In this document: positions 9,812 through 17,996 of the stretch, in pieces
Layout: each line of letters starts with the position of its first letter
Numbering within the stretch: position 1 is the first letter of the stretch
Origin: a virus
Taxonomy: Duplodnaviria; Caudoviricetes
Virus record (IMG/VR): IMGVR_UViG_3300028844_006787
Length of the DNA stretch: 64,000 bases
Direction: 5' to 3' (one strand)
Program-made: the position numbers and the translations under genes
Notes under the pieces: generated by a model
What the model saw: the letters and a program-made list of their open reading frames with translations, nothing else
What the model was told of the DNA's origin: nothing
Databases searched by the model: none

Positions 9812-10494
9812 GCCAGAATATCGGATTTTCGTGTTTTACTGATTATATAAGCATATCCGATTCCAAATAATGCACCACCTAGATGAGCAAAATGAGCAAT
9901 CGGACCGAATGGTGAATAAATTCCATTTACAATTTCTATTGCGACATACAATGTAATAATAAACCTAGCATTTAATCGTATAAACAACAAATTTACATAG
10001 TGTCGTGGGTACAATACTGCAAACGCAAGTAATACTCCGAATACTCCACCACTTGCTCCTAAAGTTGTTTTGGCATATATCGTATTTACTTCATAACCAT
10101 TATCAAGAATAAATCTAAGTTGTTCCACAGGATGAATTATAGAACCAACAGGAAACGGAGTTCCACATATACTTGCAACATACATCATATTTGATAGTGT
10201 TTGCATTATTCCACCACCAATTACTCCAAGAATAAACAATACAAGAAAGTTTCGTGTTCCTAATTTTTCTGCTTCTAAACGATTTCCAAATATCGCAAGA
10301 ATAAACAAATTCACGAAAATATGATAAAAGTCTCCGTGAAGAAATCCATAGGTTACAAACTGATATGAATTAAATATTTCACTTCCGATATACGACAAAG
10401 AAAATGTTTTATCAAACAATGGATAATATAAATGTTGTGCATAATATACAATTACACACAACCATACAATGACTCTTACTCCAGGTGAAAACAT
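9808..10494 (-). CDS. Rhomboid-family intramembrane serine protease
   Basis: TYGFLHGDFYHIFVN, catalytic GASGG and AHFAHLGG motifs; multiple TM segments. Confidence 0.9.
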   Translation of the reverse strand: MFSPGVRVIVWLCVIVYYAQHLYYPLFDKTFSLSYIGSEIFNSYQFVTYGFLHGDFYHIFVNLFILAIFGNRLEAEKLGTRNFLVLFILGVIGGGIMQTLSNMMYVASICGTPFPVGSIIHPVEQLRFILDNGYEVNTIYAKTTLGASGGVFGVLLAFAVLYPRHYVNLLFIRLNARFIITLYVAIEIVNGIYSPFGPIAHFAHLGGALFGIGYAYIISKTRKSDILA

Positions 10495-10745
10495 TAAACA
10501 GAGTAGAACATATTAGGTCCTGTAATATTGAATCTAAATTTTTGACTATTATTACCAAATTCTCGTGCTTCGTTTAAATAATTTAAAGCATGAGTTTCAT
10601 TTTCGCATTTTTTTCGTAATACAACTTTGTTGGTTTTTTTATCGGTAATTGTAACCAAGTGGGGTTCATTTGCGTAGTTCATGCAGTTATTCATTTCCAT
10701 AGTATTATTATCATTATCACCAAAGTTATTAGTATCAATCCCCAA
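10494..10745 (-). CDS. Hypothetical protein
   Basis: 83-aa ORF with TAATG overlap into the rhomboid gene; start uncertain. Confidence 0.55.
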   Translation of the reverse strand: MGIDTNNFGDNDNNTMEMNNCMNYANEPHLVTITDKKTNKVVLRKKCENETHALNYLNEAREFGNNSQKFRFNITGPNMFYSV

Positions 10746-10758
10746 TTATTATTTTCAT

Positions 10759-10950
10759 TCATATTATTTTAATGTTAAGTATATGTTTTATTTTTAGTAT
10801 AAGCAACTCAATAAGATTGTCTTTCAAAGGAACTTTCTTTGTGGTCATAATCATTGAACTAAAAACAACCGTACCACCCTTGCGATTTACCACACGATAT
10901 AATCTAGGATTTTTTATTTTAGAAATTACGATTATCTTTTTACCATGCAC
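10759..10950 (-). CDS. Small basic hypothetical protein
   Basis: 63-aa ORF on the coding strand filling the gap. Confidence 0.4.
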   Translation of the reverse strand: MHGKKIIVISKIKNPRLYRVVNRKGGTVVFSSMIMTTKKVPLKDNLIELLILKIKHILNIKII

Positions 10951-11037
10951 AATTTTTTCTTTAGTTAGTAGTTGCTCTCTTGTTATAATATATATACATT
11001 TTATTCACATTTGCAAGCATTTTCTTTGTGTTTTTAT

Positions 11038-11069
11038 AAAAAAAGAACCACCTCCGAATGAGGTGGTTC
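11038..11069 (-). terminator. Intrinsic terminator
   Basis: GAACCACCTC-ATTCG-GAGGTGGTTC followed by T7. Confidence 0.85.
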
Positions 11070-11111
11070 ATAATCAACTACTAACTTATTGTCTAACTAC
11101 TTCTACCAAAT

Positions 11112-11369
11112 TTAATTATCAAACGCATCTTTCATATAACACGATACTGCATTCATATCGTATGTGTTTTCATCGTACTCATCGTAATCACTTTCGTCTT
11201 CTTCTTCAATTACAGAATCTAATTGCTGATACTCTTCCACTACCTCATCATTTGTTGGGTATGTTTTAACAGATTCCTGTTTTATTGCATCTTCAACATC
11301 TTTCTGTAATTTAAACTCTTCGTAAATTAATTGGAACTCAGGAGGAAGTTGATTTACTCTACGTTGCAT
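11112..11369 (-). CDS. Acidic hypothetical protein
   Basis: 85 aa, D/E-rich, between the glycine-zipper gene and a terminator. Confidence 0.65.
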   Translation of the reverse strand: MQRRVNQLPPEFQLIYEEFKLQKDVEDAIKQESVKTYPTNDEVVEEYQQLDSVIEEEDESDYDEYDENTYDMNAVSCYMKDAFDN

Positions 11370-11374
11370 ATTTC

Positions 11375-11962
11375 TTACTGGTAGTGGTTTGAAGATGAAG
11401 CACCACGAATTCTATTGAGTTCTTCTTGTGCCCTGCGTTCACGTTCGTTGTAACTTTCAAGTGCTTGACGACGTTGTTCTACAATTCGTTGACGTTCGAT
11501 TTCACGTTGCAATTCTTGCTCACGTTGCTCTGCTCGTTGACGAGCAAGCACTAGTTCATCGGTGGGATTTGCTCCACCAAAATTTGTATTATTGGTATGA
11601 ACAGGAAGATTGCTTAAATAACGTTGACGTTTTTGTTCTTGAGCAATACGAACTCTTTCTTGTTCTTTGCGTTGAAGTTCTGCTCTCCATGCTTGCTCTC
11701 TACGAATTTCTTCTTGTCGTTGATGTTCGTATTCTGAATCAGTTCCTTTTCCAATTCGGTTTCCCATAAGTCCACCGAGAATCGTTCCGATAATGATTCC
11801 TTCTTTTTGCTTTCCATGTTGATGTCCAACGACACCACCAAGAGTGCCTCCGAGAATTACACCTTTAACGGTTCCTTTTCCTTGATTTTCTCCCCAACCA
11901 CCTGCAAACGCAGATTGAATAGAGATTAAACTTGCGAGTAATAGTAGGGTTATATTTTTCAT
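11375..11962 (-). CDS. Secreted glycine-zipper protein with C-terminal coiled coil
   Basis: Signal peptide ending AFA; GVILGGTLGGVVG / GIIIGTILGGLMG; Q/E/R-rich helix. Confidence 0.8.
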   Translation of the reverse strand: MKNITLLLLASLISIQSAFAGGWGENQGKGTVKGVILGGTLGGVVGHQHGKQKEGIIIGTILGGLMGNRIGKGTDSEYEHQRQEEIRREQAWRAELQRKEQERVRIAQEQKRQRYLSNLPVHTNNTNFGGANPTDELVLARQRAEQREQELQREIERQRIVEQRRQALESYNERERRAQEELNRIRGASSSNHYQ

Positions 11963-12008
11963 TTTTTTTAGTATTTTGATTTGTTAGTTTATCTGATTTT
12001 GAATTCTT

Positions 12009-12037
12009 ATAATAAAGTCAATTTTGCAAAAAGTCAA
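12009..12037 (-). promoter_or_regulatory. Sigma70-like promoter
   Basis: TTGACT-17 nt-TATTAT upstream of 11962. Confidence 0.65.
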
Positions 12038-12059
12038 GAAAAAATTTAATTTAGTAGAA

Positions 12060-12941
12060 TTATGCAAAACTAATATTAAATAGTTCAGTAAGTTCTTCAA
12101 GATTCATTTGATGTTTGGTTTTAGCAACAAATCCGTTTTTATGAGCAAATAACACGTCTTTGTGACCATCTAACTTGGAAAAGTCTATTTTATCCGAATC
12201 GTTCAACCGATATAAACACAATCCGTCTCCTCGGTCATCGTTAGTCACGGTAGCAATCGCATCAGGATATTTTTCCGAAACAAAAGTATTTAAAGCATAG
12301 CTTGGATCATCGATTCCTGATATTCCACGTGATAAAACAATTTGATGGCCATTTATATTCACACACTCTGCTTCGTTTTTTAGAATCTGCCATCGTTCGG
12401 TAAACATTTCAAGATTACGAATTAATAATGCTCCGATTTGTGTCATACTTGAAATCATAAAATTATACGAAGAAGCATCATCGTTATCTAGTTTAGAAAA
12501 CATAAATAATATTGCTTCTTCAATGGGACTGAATGTTAAATCCGAAATGTCACTCCAATTCACATTAATTTCATTTGCAACATAATAGGGTCCCTTGCTA
12601 TCAAATTTTTCAGTGGAATCTAACCAACGAAATCCACGAAATGCCTGAGTGTAAATTCCAAAGTCGGTAAGAATAAGTGTAATAGAACACATAGGATCAT
12701 AATCTCGTTCAAACTGATGATGATCGAAATTACTATACGAAGGATCATGCACACCACCTATATCAATTACCACAACATTTTTATCTGATAATTCTTCTTG
12801 AGTTGGATCTCTACGTACAACAATCGGTGTGTTATCTGCTTCTGCACACATAGCAAGAACAAAACTTACCGACAAAAAATCATCACGATGGGCTGCTCCA
12901 CCATGAGTAACGATTTTTGTTATATTCTTAAAATCTAGCAT
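12060..12941 (-). CDS. MYG1 (UPF0160) family DHH-type phosphoesterase/exonuclease
   Basis: IVTHGGAAHRDD, RRDP, VIDIGG, FDHHQ, FAHKNGFVA motifs. Confidence 0.85.
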   Translation of the reverse strand: MLDFKNITKIVTHGGAAHRDDFLSVSFVLAMCAEADNTPIVVRRDPTQEELSDKNVVVIDIGGVHDPSYSNFDHHQFERDYDPMCSITLILTDFGIYTQAFRGFRWLDSTEKFDSKGPYYVANEINVNWSDISDLTFSPIEEAILFMFSKLDNDDASSYNFMISSMTQIGALLIRNLEMFTERWQILKNEAECVNINGHQIVLSRGISGIDDPSYALNTFVSEKYPDAIATVTNDDRGDGLCLYRLNDSDKIDFSKLDGHKDVLFAHKNGFVAKTKHQMNLEELTELFNISFA

Positions 12942-13177
12942 AAAGCAGTGGTGGACCCGGCAGGATTTGAACCTGCGACCAAAGGATTATGAGTCCCCTG
13001 CTCTAACCACTGAGCTACGGGTCCCTGAATTGCATCGTTGATTTTAGTTTGCATAATACGATGAAATTCTATTCTACTATGAATATTATTGTCAATAGCA
13101 TTTTGCAAATGCACTTCGTTGTCGTATGCAATAGTCAGAATTTCTTCTGTTGTTAAATTAAGTGTGTGATTGTTCAT
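12935..13177 (-). CDS. 80-aa ORF whose 3' third is the tRNA sequence read in frame
   Basis: First 51 codons look like ordinary phage coding sequence, preceded by TATTTAC; no stop before the tRNA. Confidence 0.45.
   Translation of the reverse strand: MNNHTLNLTTEEILTIAYDNEVHLQNAIDNNIHSRIEFHRIMQTKINDAIQGPVAQWLEQGTHNPLVAGSNPAGSTTALC
12949..13024 (-). tRNA. tRNA with CAU anticodon, most likely tRNA-Ile2 (lysidine-modified, reads AUA)
   Basis: GGACCCG TA GCTC AGTGGTTA GAGC A GGGGA CTCATAA TCCTT TGGTC GCAGG TTCAAAT CCTGC CGGGTCC A CCA: 76-nt cloverleaf, encoded CCA, paired G1-C72, C4-G69 and C5-G68. Confidence 0.95.
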
Positions 13178-13221
13178 GTGTAAATATACGCATTAAAGAT
13201 TTACCAAATCAATAAGGGCTA

Positions 13222-13407
13222 TCATCCTTGTTCTTGGGTTATTGAACAATGCGTGGAAAGATTTTGTGAGTTGTGGATTTTATCCAATTCGTTTTCCAAT
13301 TCCGTTTGCTCAAAAGATAAACGAAGAAGTTCTTGGAGTTCAAAATGAGCATCTTCATTTTCTTCAGGTGAAATTTTTGCGAAATCTATAATATCGTTTT
13401 CTCTCAT
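13222..13407 (-). CDS. Small acidic hypothetical protein
   Basis: 61 aa directly behind a sigma70-like promoter. Confidence 0.6.
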   Translation of the reverse strand: MRENDIIDFAKISPEENEDAHFELQELLRLSFEQTELENELDKIHNSQNLSTHCSITQEQG

Positions 13408-13416
13408 TATGGTTAT

Positions 13417-13445
13417 ATACTAGCAAATAAATTATAAAAAGTCAA
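13417..13445 (-). promoter_or_regulatory. Sigma70-like early promoter
   Basis: TTGACT-TTTTATAATTTATTTGC(17)-TAGTAT; near-identical to 9783..9811. Confidence 0.7.
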
Positions 13446-13463
13446 CCCCTAAATTCAATTTAT

Positions 13464-13499
13464 AAAAAGAAAGTGAGCAGGAAACTGATTCCTGCTCAC
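13464..13499 (-). terminator. Intrinsic terminator of the cysCDN-galE unit
   Basis: GTGAGCAGGAA-TCAGT-TTCCTGCTCAC, 11-bp stem, then TTTCTTTTT. Confidence 0.85.
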
Positions 13500-13537
13500 C
13501 CATGTGACCAATGATCGGCAGCGACCCAATCTAAATT

Positions 13538-14554
13538 CTATTTATTATTATTCTGCTCCCACTTCCATGCAGAGATAACCATTTCTTTTAATCCCAATTC
13601 ACATTTCCAATTCAATTCAGAATAAGCATAATCTGCATTTGCATATGCACTTGTAACGTCTCCACTACGTCTTTCACCAAACTTTACATTTAATATTACA
13701 TCGTTGTATTCTTCAAAAGCATTTAATACTTCTTTAACTGTGTATCCGTTGCCAGTTCCAAGATTAATTGGTTCTGATGTATAATCTTTTTTATTACTTG
13801 CTTTTAATGCACATACGTGTGCTTTTGCAAGATCCACAACATGAATATAATCACGAACGCAAGTTCCATCTTTTGTATCGTAATCTGTTCCGAATACAGT
13901 AAGTTGTTCTCGTTTTCCAATTGCAGTTTGAGTAATATAAGGAATCAAATTATCAGGTATTCCGTTTGGTAGTTCTCCGATTTCTGCTGAACTATGTGAT
14001 CCGATAGGATTAAAGTATCTTAATAATATACTACTAAAATTATATTCCGCATGAAAATCTTTTATCATTTGTTCGCATATCTGCTTGGTACGACCATATA
14101 CACTTTCCGCAGGTTTAATAGGTGTTTTCTCGGTAATAGGCAATTCATCTGCTTGACCATACACCGTGCAACTACTACTGAATATTAAATTACCGATATT
14201 GTATTTTTTCATTGCACGAAGCAAATTCAAAGTACCATTAACATTATTATCATAATACTTATCAGGTTTGCTCATGCTTTCACCAACACTTTTGCAGGCC
14301 GCAAAATGAATTACCGCAGTTGCTGATTCCTGATAATATCCAATTATCTCTTCAAGTGCATCGTAATTACGTATATCAATATTACAAAAATGAATGCCTT
14401 TTTTAGTAATTGCACGAATTCCATCAATTACACTTTCACTTGAATTAGATAAATTATCAATTACAACAACATCATAATCTTCATTTAATAATTCAACAAC
14501 TGTGTGACTTCCTATATAACCAAGTCCACCTGTTACAATAATTGTTTGCTTCAT
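13538..14554 (-). CDS. galE: UDP-glucose 4-epimerase
   Basis: TGGLGYIGSH, HFAACKSVGES, FSSSCTVYG, YGRTK, LRYFNPIG, DGTCVRDYIHVVDLA. Confidence 0.95.
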   Translation of the reverse strand: MKQTIIVTGGLGYIGSHTVVELLNEDYDVVVIDNLSNSSESVIDGIRAITKKGIHFCNIDIRNYDALEEIIGYYQESATAVIHFAACKSVGESMSKPDKYYDNNVNGTLNLLRAMKKYNIGNLIFSSSCTVYGQADELPITEKTPIKPAESVYGRTKQICEQMIKDFHAEYNFSSILLRYFNPIGSHSSAEIGELPNGIPDNLIPYITQTAIGKREQLTVFGTDYDTKDGTCVRDYIHVVDLAKAHVCALKASNKKDYTSEPINLGTGNGYTVKEVLNAFEEYNDVILNVKFGERRSGDVTSAYANADYAYSELNWKCELGLKEMVISAWKWEQNNNK

Positions 14555-15843
14555 TTAATCATTCCAGCCGCAACCGTTTCGTGCGTTTGTGGATCAATCA
14601 AAATAAAACTTCCATTTGCACGATTTTCTTCGTATGAATCTACACACATTGGTTTACTTGTTTTTAAACTTATTCTTGCAATATCGTTTAATCCAATACT
14701 CATATTTTGGTCTTCTGCTTTACTAAAAGTATTTACATCAAGTGTATAAATCTTTTTGGTAATCATAGCAGTTACTTCGTTACTATTGTGTTTTAATAAA
14801 TACTTTTTTCGTGGAAGCATTTTCTCTTCAGACATCCAACAAATCATTGCATCAGATGTTTGAGTAGTTTTTGGTAAATTATCAACACGAACAATTGTAT
14901 CACCTCGTCCTGCATCTATATCATCCTCAAGTTCAAGAACAACACTCGCAGGAGTGCAGGCTTCTTTTAACTCAGTTTTATATAAATGAATTTTCTTTAC
15001 ACGAGTTTCAAATCCACTTGGTTGAATACTAACTTTTTGACCTACCTCAAAACGACCACTTAATATTTTACCTGCATATCCACGAAAATCATGAAATTTA
15101 TCACTATGTGGACGAATTACTGTTTGAATATCAAATCGTGCATCTACTAAATTATTATCACTAAAAATTTCAATATTCTCAAGCATTTGAAGTAAATTAC
15201 CACCTTTATACCATTTCATTTTTTGTGACTTTGTAGTTACATTATCACCTTTTAATGCTGATATAGGAATAAAACGAATATCACTGCTTCGTAGTTTTAC
15301 ACTGAACTTCTTTAAATCTTCTTTAATTTTATTAAACTTTGCTTGATCATAATCTATTAAATCCATTTTATTTACCGCATAAATAACATGAGGTATTTTC
15401 AATAAACTTGCAATAAACGAATGTCGTCTAGTTTGTTCAGAAATTCCTTTACGAGCATCCACCAAAATAATAGCAACATTGCTTTTACTTGCTCCTGTTA
15501 CCATATTACGAGTATATTGAATATGTCCAGGTGTATCTGCTATAATAAATTTACGATTTGTGGTATTAAAATAACGATACGCAACATCAATTGTAATTCC
15601 TTGCTCTCGTTCACTTTTAAGACCATCTGTAAGATACGCAAGATTTACATCTTCTTCACCTTTCTTTTTACTTGTCGCACGAATTGCTTCATATTGATCT
15701 TTCATAACACTTTTTGTATCATAAAGCAAACGACCAATTAATGTACTTTTTCCATCATCAACACTTCCTGCAGTTGATAATCTTAATAGTTCGTTATTTT
15801 GAAGTTTATCAACATTCTTTTGAGTTTTTTTATCGTCTCCCAT
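14551..15843 (-). CDS. cysN: Sulfate adenylyltransferase subunit 1 (GTPase)
   Basis: TAGSVDDGKSTLIGRLL, EREQGITIDVAYRYF, ADTPGHIQYTRNMVTGAS, NKMD; no fused kinase domain. Confidence 0.97.
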   Translation of the reverse strand: MGDDKKTQKNVDKLQNNELLRLSTAGSVDDGKSTLIGRLLYDTKSVMKDQYEAIRATSKKKGEEDVNLAYLTDGLKSEREQGITIDVAYRYFNTTNRKFIIADTPGHIQYTRNMVTGASKSNVAIILVDARKGISEQTRRHSFIASLLKIPHVIYAVNKMDLIDYDQAKFNKIKEDLKKFSVKLRSSDIRFIPISALKGDNVTTKSQKMKWYKGGNLLQMLENIEIFSDNNLVDARFDIQTVIRPHSDKFHDFRGYAGKILSGRFEVGQKVSIQPSGFETRVKKIHLYKTELKEACTPASVVLELEDDIDAGRGDTIVRVDNLPKTTQTSDAMICWMSEEKMLPRKKYLLKHNSNEVTAMITKKIYTLDVNTFSKAEDQNMSIGLNDIARISLKTSKPMCVDSYEENRANGSFILIDPQTHETVAAGMIK

Positions 15844-15854
15844 CGTTTTTATCC

Positions 15855-16760
15855 TTAGAAATATCCTTGTTGTTTACGGTCTTCCATGCTTGTTTCTGAC
15901 TTTTTATCGTCACCACGTGTTCCTCTTTCGGTGGTTGTTGCACTTGCAACTTCTGCAATAATATCATCAATATTATCTGCGGTACTTTCACAAGCACCTG
16001 TGCAAGTAACATCACCAACTGAACGAAATCTAACTGTTTTTTCTACAACTTTCTCACCTTTTTTAAGTTGAACATAATCAGCATGAGCATACCAAATTCC
16101 ATCACGTTGATAACATTTTCTTTTATGAGAAAAATACAAGTTTGGTAAAGGAATATTTTCTTGCTTAATATAAGTCCATACATCAAGTTCAGTCCAATTA
16201 CTAATTGGAAAAATTCTAAAATGTTCATCTGCGGATTTTTTTCCGTTGTATAAATCCCAAATTTCCGGTCTTTGATTTTTTGGGTCCCATTGACCAAAGT
16301 CGTCACGATGCGAAAAGAAACGTTCTTTTGCTCTTGCTTTTTCTTCGTCTCGTCTTGCACCACCGATACAACCATCAAATTTGTGTTGCTCAATTGCATC
16401 AAGAAGCACAGGAATCTGAAGTTCATTCCGTGTAGCACCGATACCAGTTTCATCTTGAACTAATCCTTCTTTAATCGCATCTTCAACTTTGCGATCAAAT
16501 AACTTAAATTTGTATTTTTCCATGACTTCGTCACGGAATTTCATTACCTCGGGAAAATTGTGTCCTGTGTCTACATGAAGTGCCACAAACGGAGAATTTG
16601 CAGGATAAAATGCCTTCGCAATTAAATGAAGACAAACTAAACTATCTTTACCACCACTAAATAATAAAGCAGTATTTGGCATCTGTGCAAATGCTTCTCG
16701 CAATACATATATGCTTTCTGCTTCCAGTTGTTCTAAATGAGTTAAATTACATGATTCCAT
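15855..16760 (-). CDS. cysD: Sulfate adenylyltransferase subunit 2
   Basis: LEAESIYVLRE, FSGGKDS, HVDTG, GGARRDEEKARAKER, SMEDRKQQGYF. Confidence 0.97.
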   Translation of the reverse strand: MESCNLTHLEQLEAESIYVLREAFAQMPNTALLFSGGKDSLVCLHLIAKAFYPANSPFVALHVDTGHNFPEVMKFRDEVMEKYKFKLFDRKVEDAIKEGLVQDETGIGATRNELQIPVLLDAIEQHKFDGCIGGARRDEEKARAKERFFSHRDDFGQWDPKNQRPEIWDLYNGKKSADEHFRIFPISNWTELDVWTYIKQENIPLPNLYFSHKRKCYQRDGIWYAHADYVQLKKGEKVVEKTVRFRSVGDVTCTGACESTADNIDDIIAEVASATTTERGTRGDDKKSETSMEDRKQQGYF

Positions 16761-16789
16761 TGTTATAATAAATATTAAAAAAAGTCAAA

Positions 16790-17359
16790 TTATACGGGTT
16801 GATTAAGTATAAAATTAAATAAAATGTTTGCAGAGTATTCAATGCTACGATTACTTGTTCGTATTATTAAATCAGGATCACTCGGAGTTTCAAACATACT
16901 CAATGATTTATTCATTGAATCTTTGTTATTTTGATATAATCCTTTTACGTCTCGTTTTATTACATCTTCTGCGGTTGCATGAATATAAATTAATTTAAAT
17001 CTATCACCAATTATATTTTTTGCATAATTCCGCATATTTTCAGTTGGAGATATAAAACTACCAATCACAGATGTTCCATTCTCAAGAAATAATTTAGCAA
17101 CTTCAGCACTTCTACGAATATTTTCTTTTCTACTTTCCACAGATAAATCTAAATCTGAATTTAATGTGCTTCGTATATTATCTCCGTCTATGCATTTTAC
17201 CGCAAAGTTTTCTTTGTATAATAAAGACTCGGTTGCTTTTGCTATTGTGGTTTTTCCACTTCCACTGTTACCAACCAACCAAAAAACATATGCTTTTCTT
17301 TTTCTAAGTTTTTCGTATTCAGTTTGACTTAGAAAATTTGTTGGAAAGATTTTATCCAT
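16790..17359 (-). CDS. cysC: Adenylyl-sulfate (APS) kinase
   Basis: P-loop GNSGSGKTT, DGDNIR, RKENIRR, SFISP, RDVKGLY. Confidence 0.93.
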   Translation of the reverse strand: MDKIFPTNFLSQTEYEKLRKRKAYVFWLVGNSGSGKTTIAKATESLLYKENFAVKCIDGDNIRSTLNSDLDLSVESRKENIRRSAEVAKLFLENGTSVIGSFISPTENMRNYAKNIIGDRFKLIYIHATAEDVIKRDVKGLYQNNKDSMNKSLSMFETPSDPDLIIRTSNRSIEYSANILFNFILNQPV

Positions 17360-17364
17360 TGATA

Positions 17365-17970
17365 TTATTTACCTTCCAATTTTTTAATTCGTTCTTCAAG
17401 TTCCTTGCAACGTTTCTTGATTGCATTTTGTTTTTTCTCTAGTTTTGTTTCAAGTTTTGATAATCTTTTTTCTTTGTTTAAACTTTGTTTATTAAGAGTA
17501 TCTACACTTTCTTTCATATCCGAAACTTTTACTGCACTTGCAATTTCACGTGCTTTTCTGAGTTCACCAATATCCTTTGACAGATGTGTTAATTTTAAAT
17601 CAATTTGATTTGTTACATCACTCTCTGAATCAATTGTGTTACTTAATCTTTCTCGTTGATGCGAAACTTTATCTTCCATTAAAGATAACATTTTATTCAT
17701 TTCCTTGAATCGTTTTTGCATTTGCTCATCTGCTTCACTATCAGTCTTTACATAGTTTTTAACATAATCACGTTGCCACTCTACTTGTTCTTTAACAAGT
17801 TTTACAACATTTTCAAGTTCAGCATATTTTAAATGCAATTCTACACTTACTTTATCTTCTTTTTTTAAGACTTTTTTGATATTATCTTTTTGCCATTGAA
17901 CTTGGTCATCAAGTAAATCAAGTGATTTTTCAAATGCACTTAATCTTTGGTTTACTTCTTTTTCATCCAT
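17365..17970 (-). CDS. Coiled-coil protein with ~39-aa internal repeats
   Basis: GGAGA SD; repeats around DQVQWQKD / EQVEWQRD / DKVSHQRE. Confidence 0.8.
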   Translation of the reverse strand: MDEKEVNQRLSAFEKSLDLLDDQVQWQKDNIKKVLKKEDKVSVELHLKYAELENVVKLVKEQVEWQRDYVKNYVKTDSEADEQMQKRFKEMNKMLSLMEDKVSHQRERLSNTIDSESDVTNQIDLKLTHLSKDIGELRKAREIASAVKVSDMKESVDTLNKQSLNKEKRLSKLETKLEKKQNAIKKRCKELEERIKKLEGK

Positions 17971-17996
17971 TTTTATATCTCCGTATTTAAATATTA

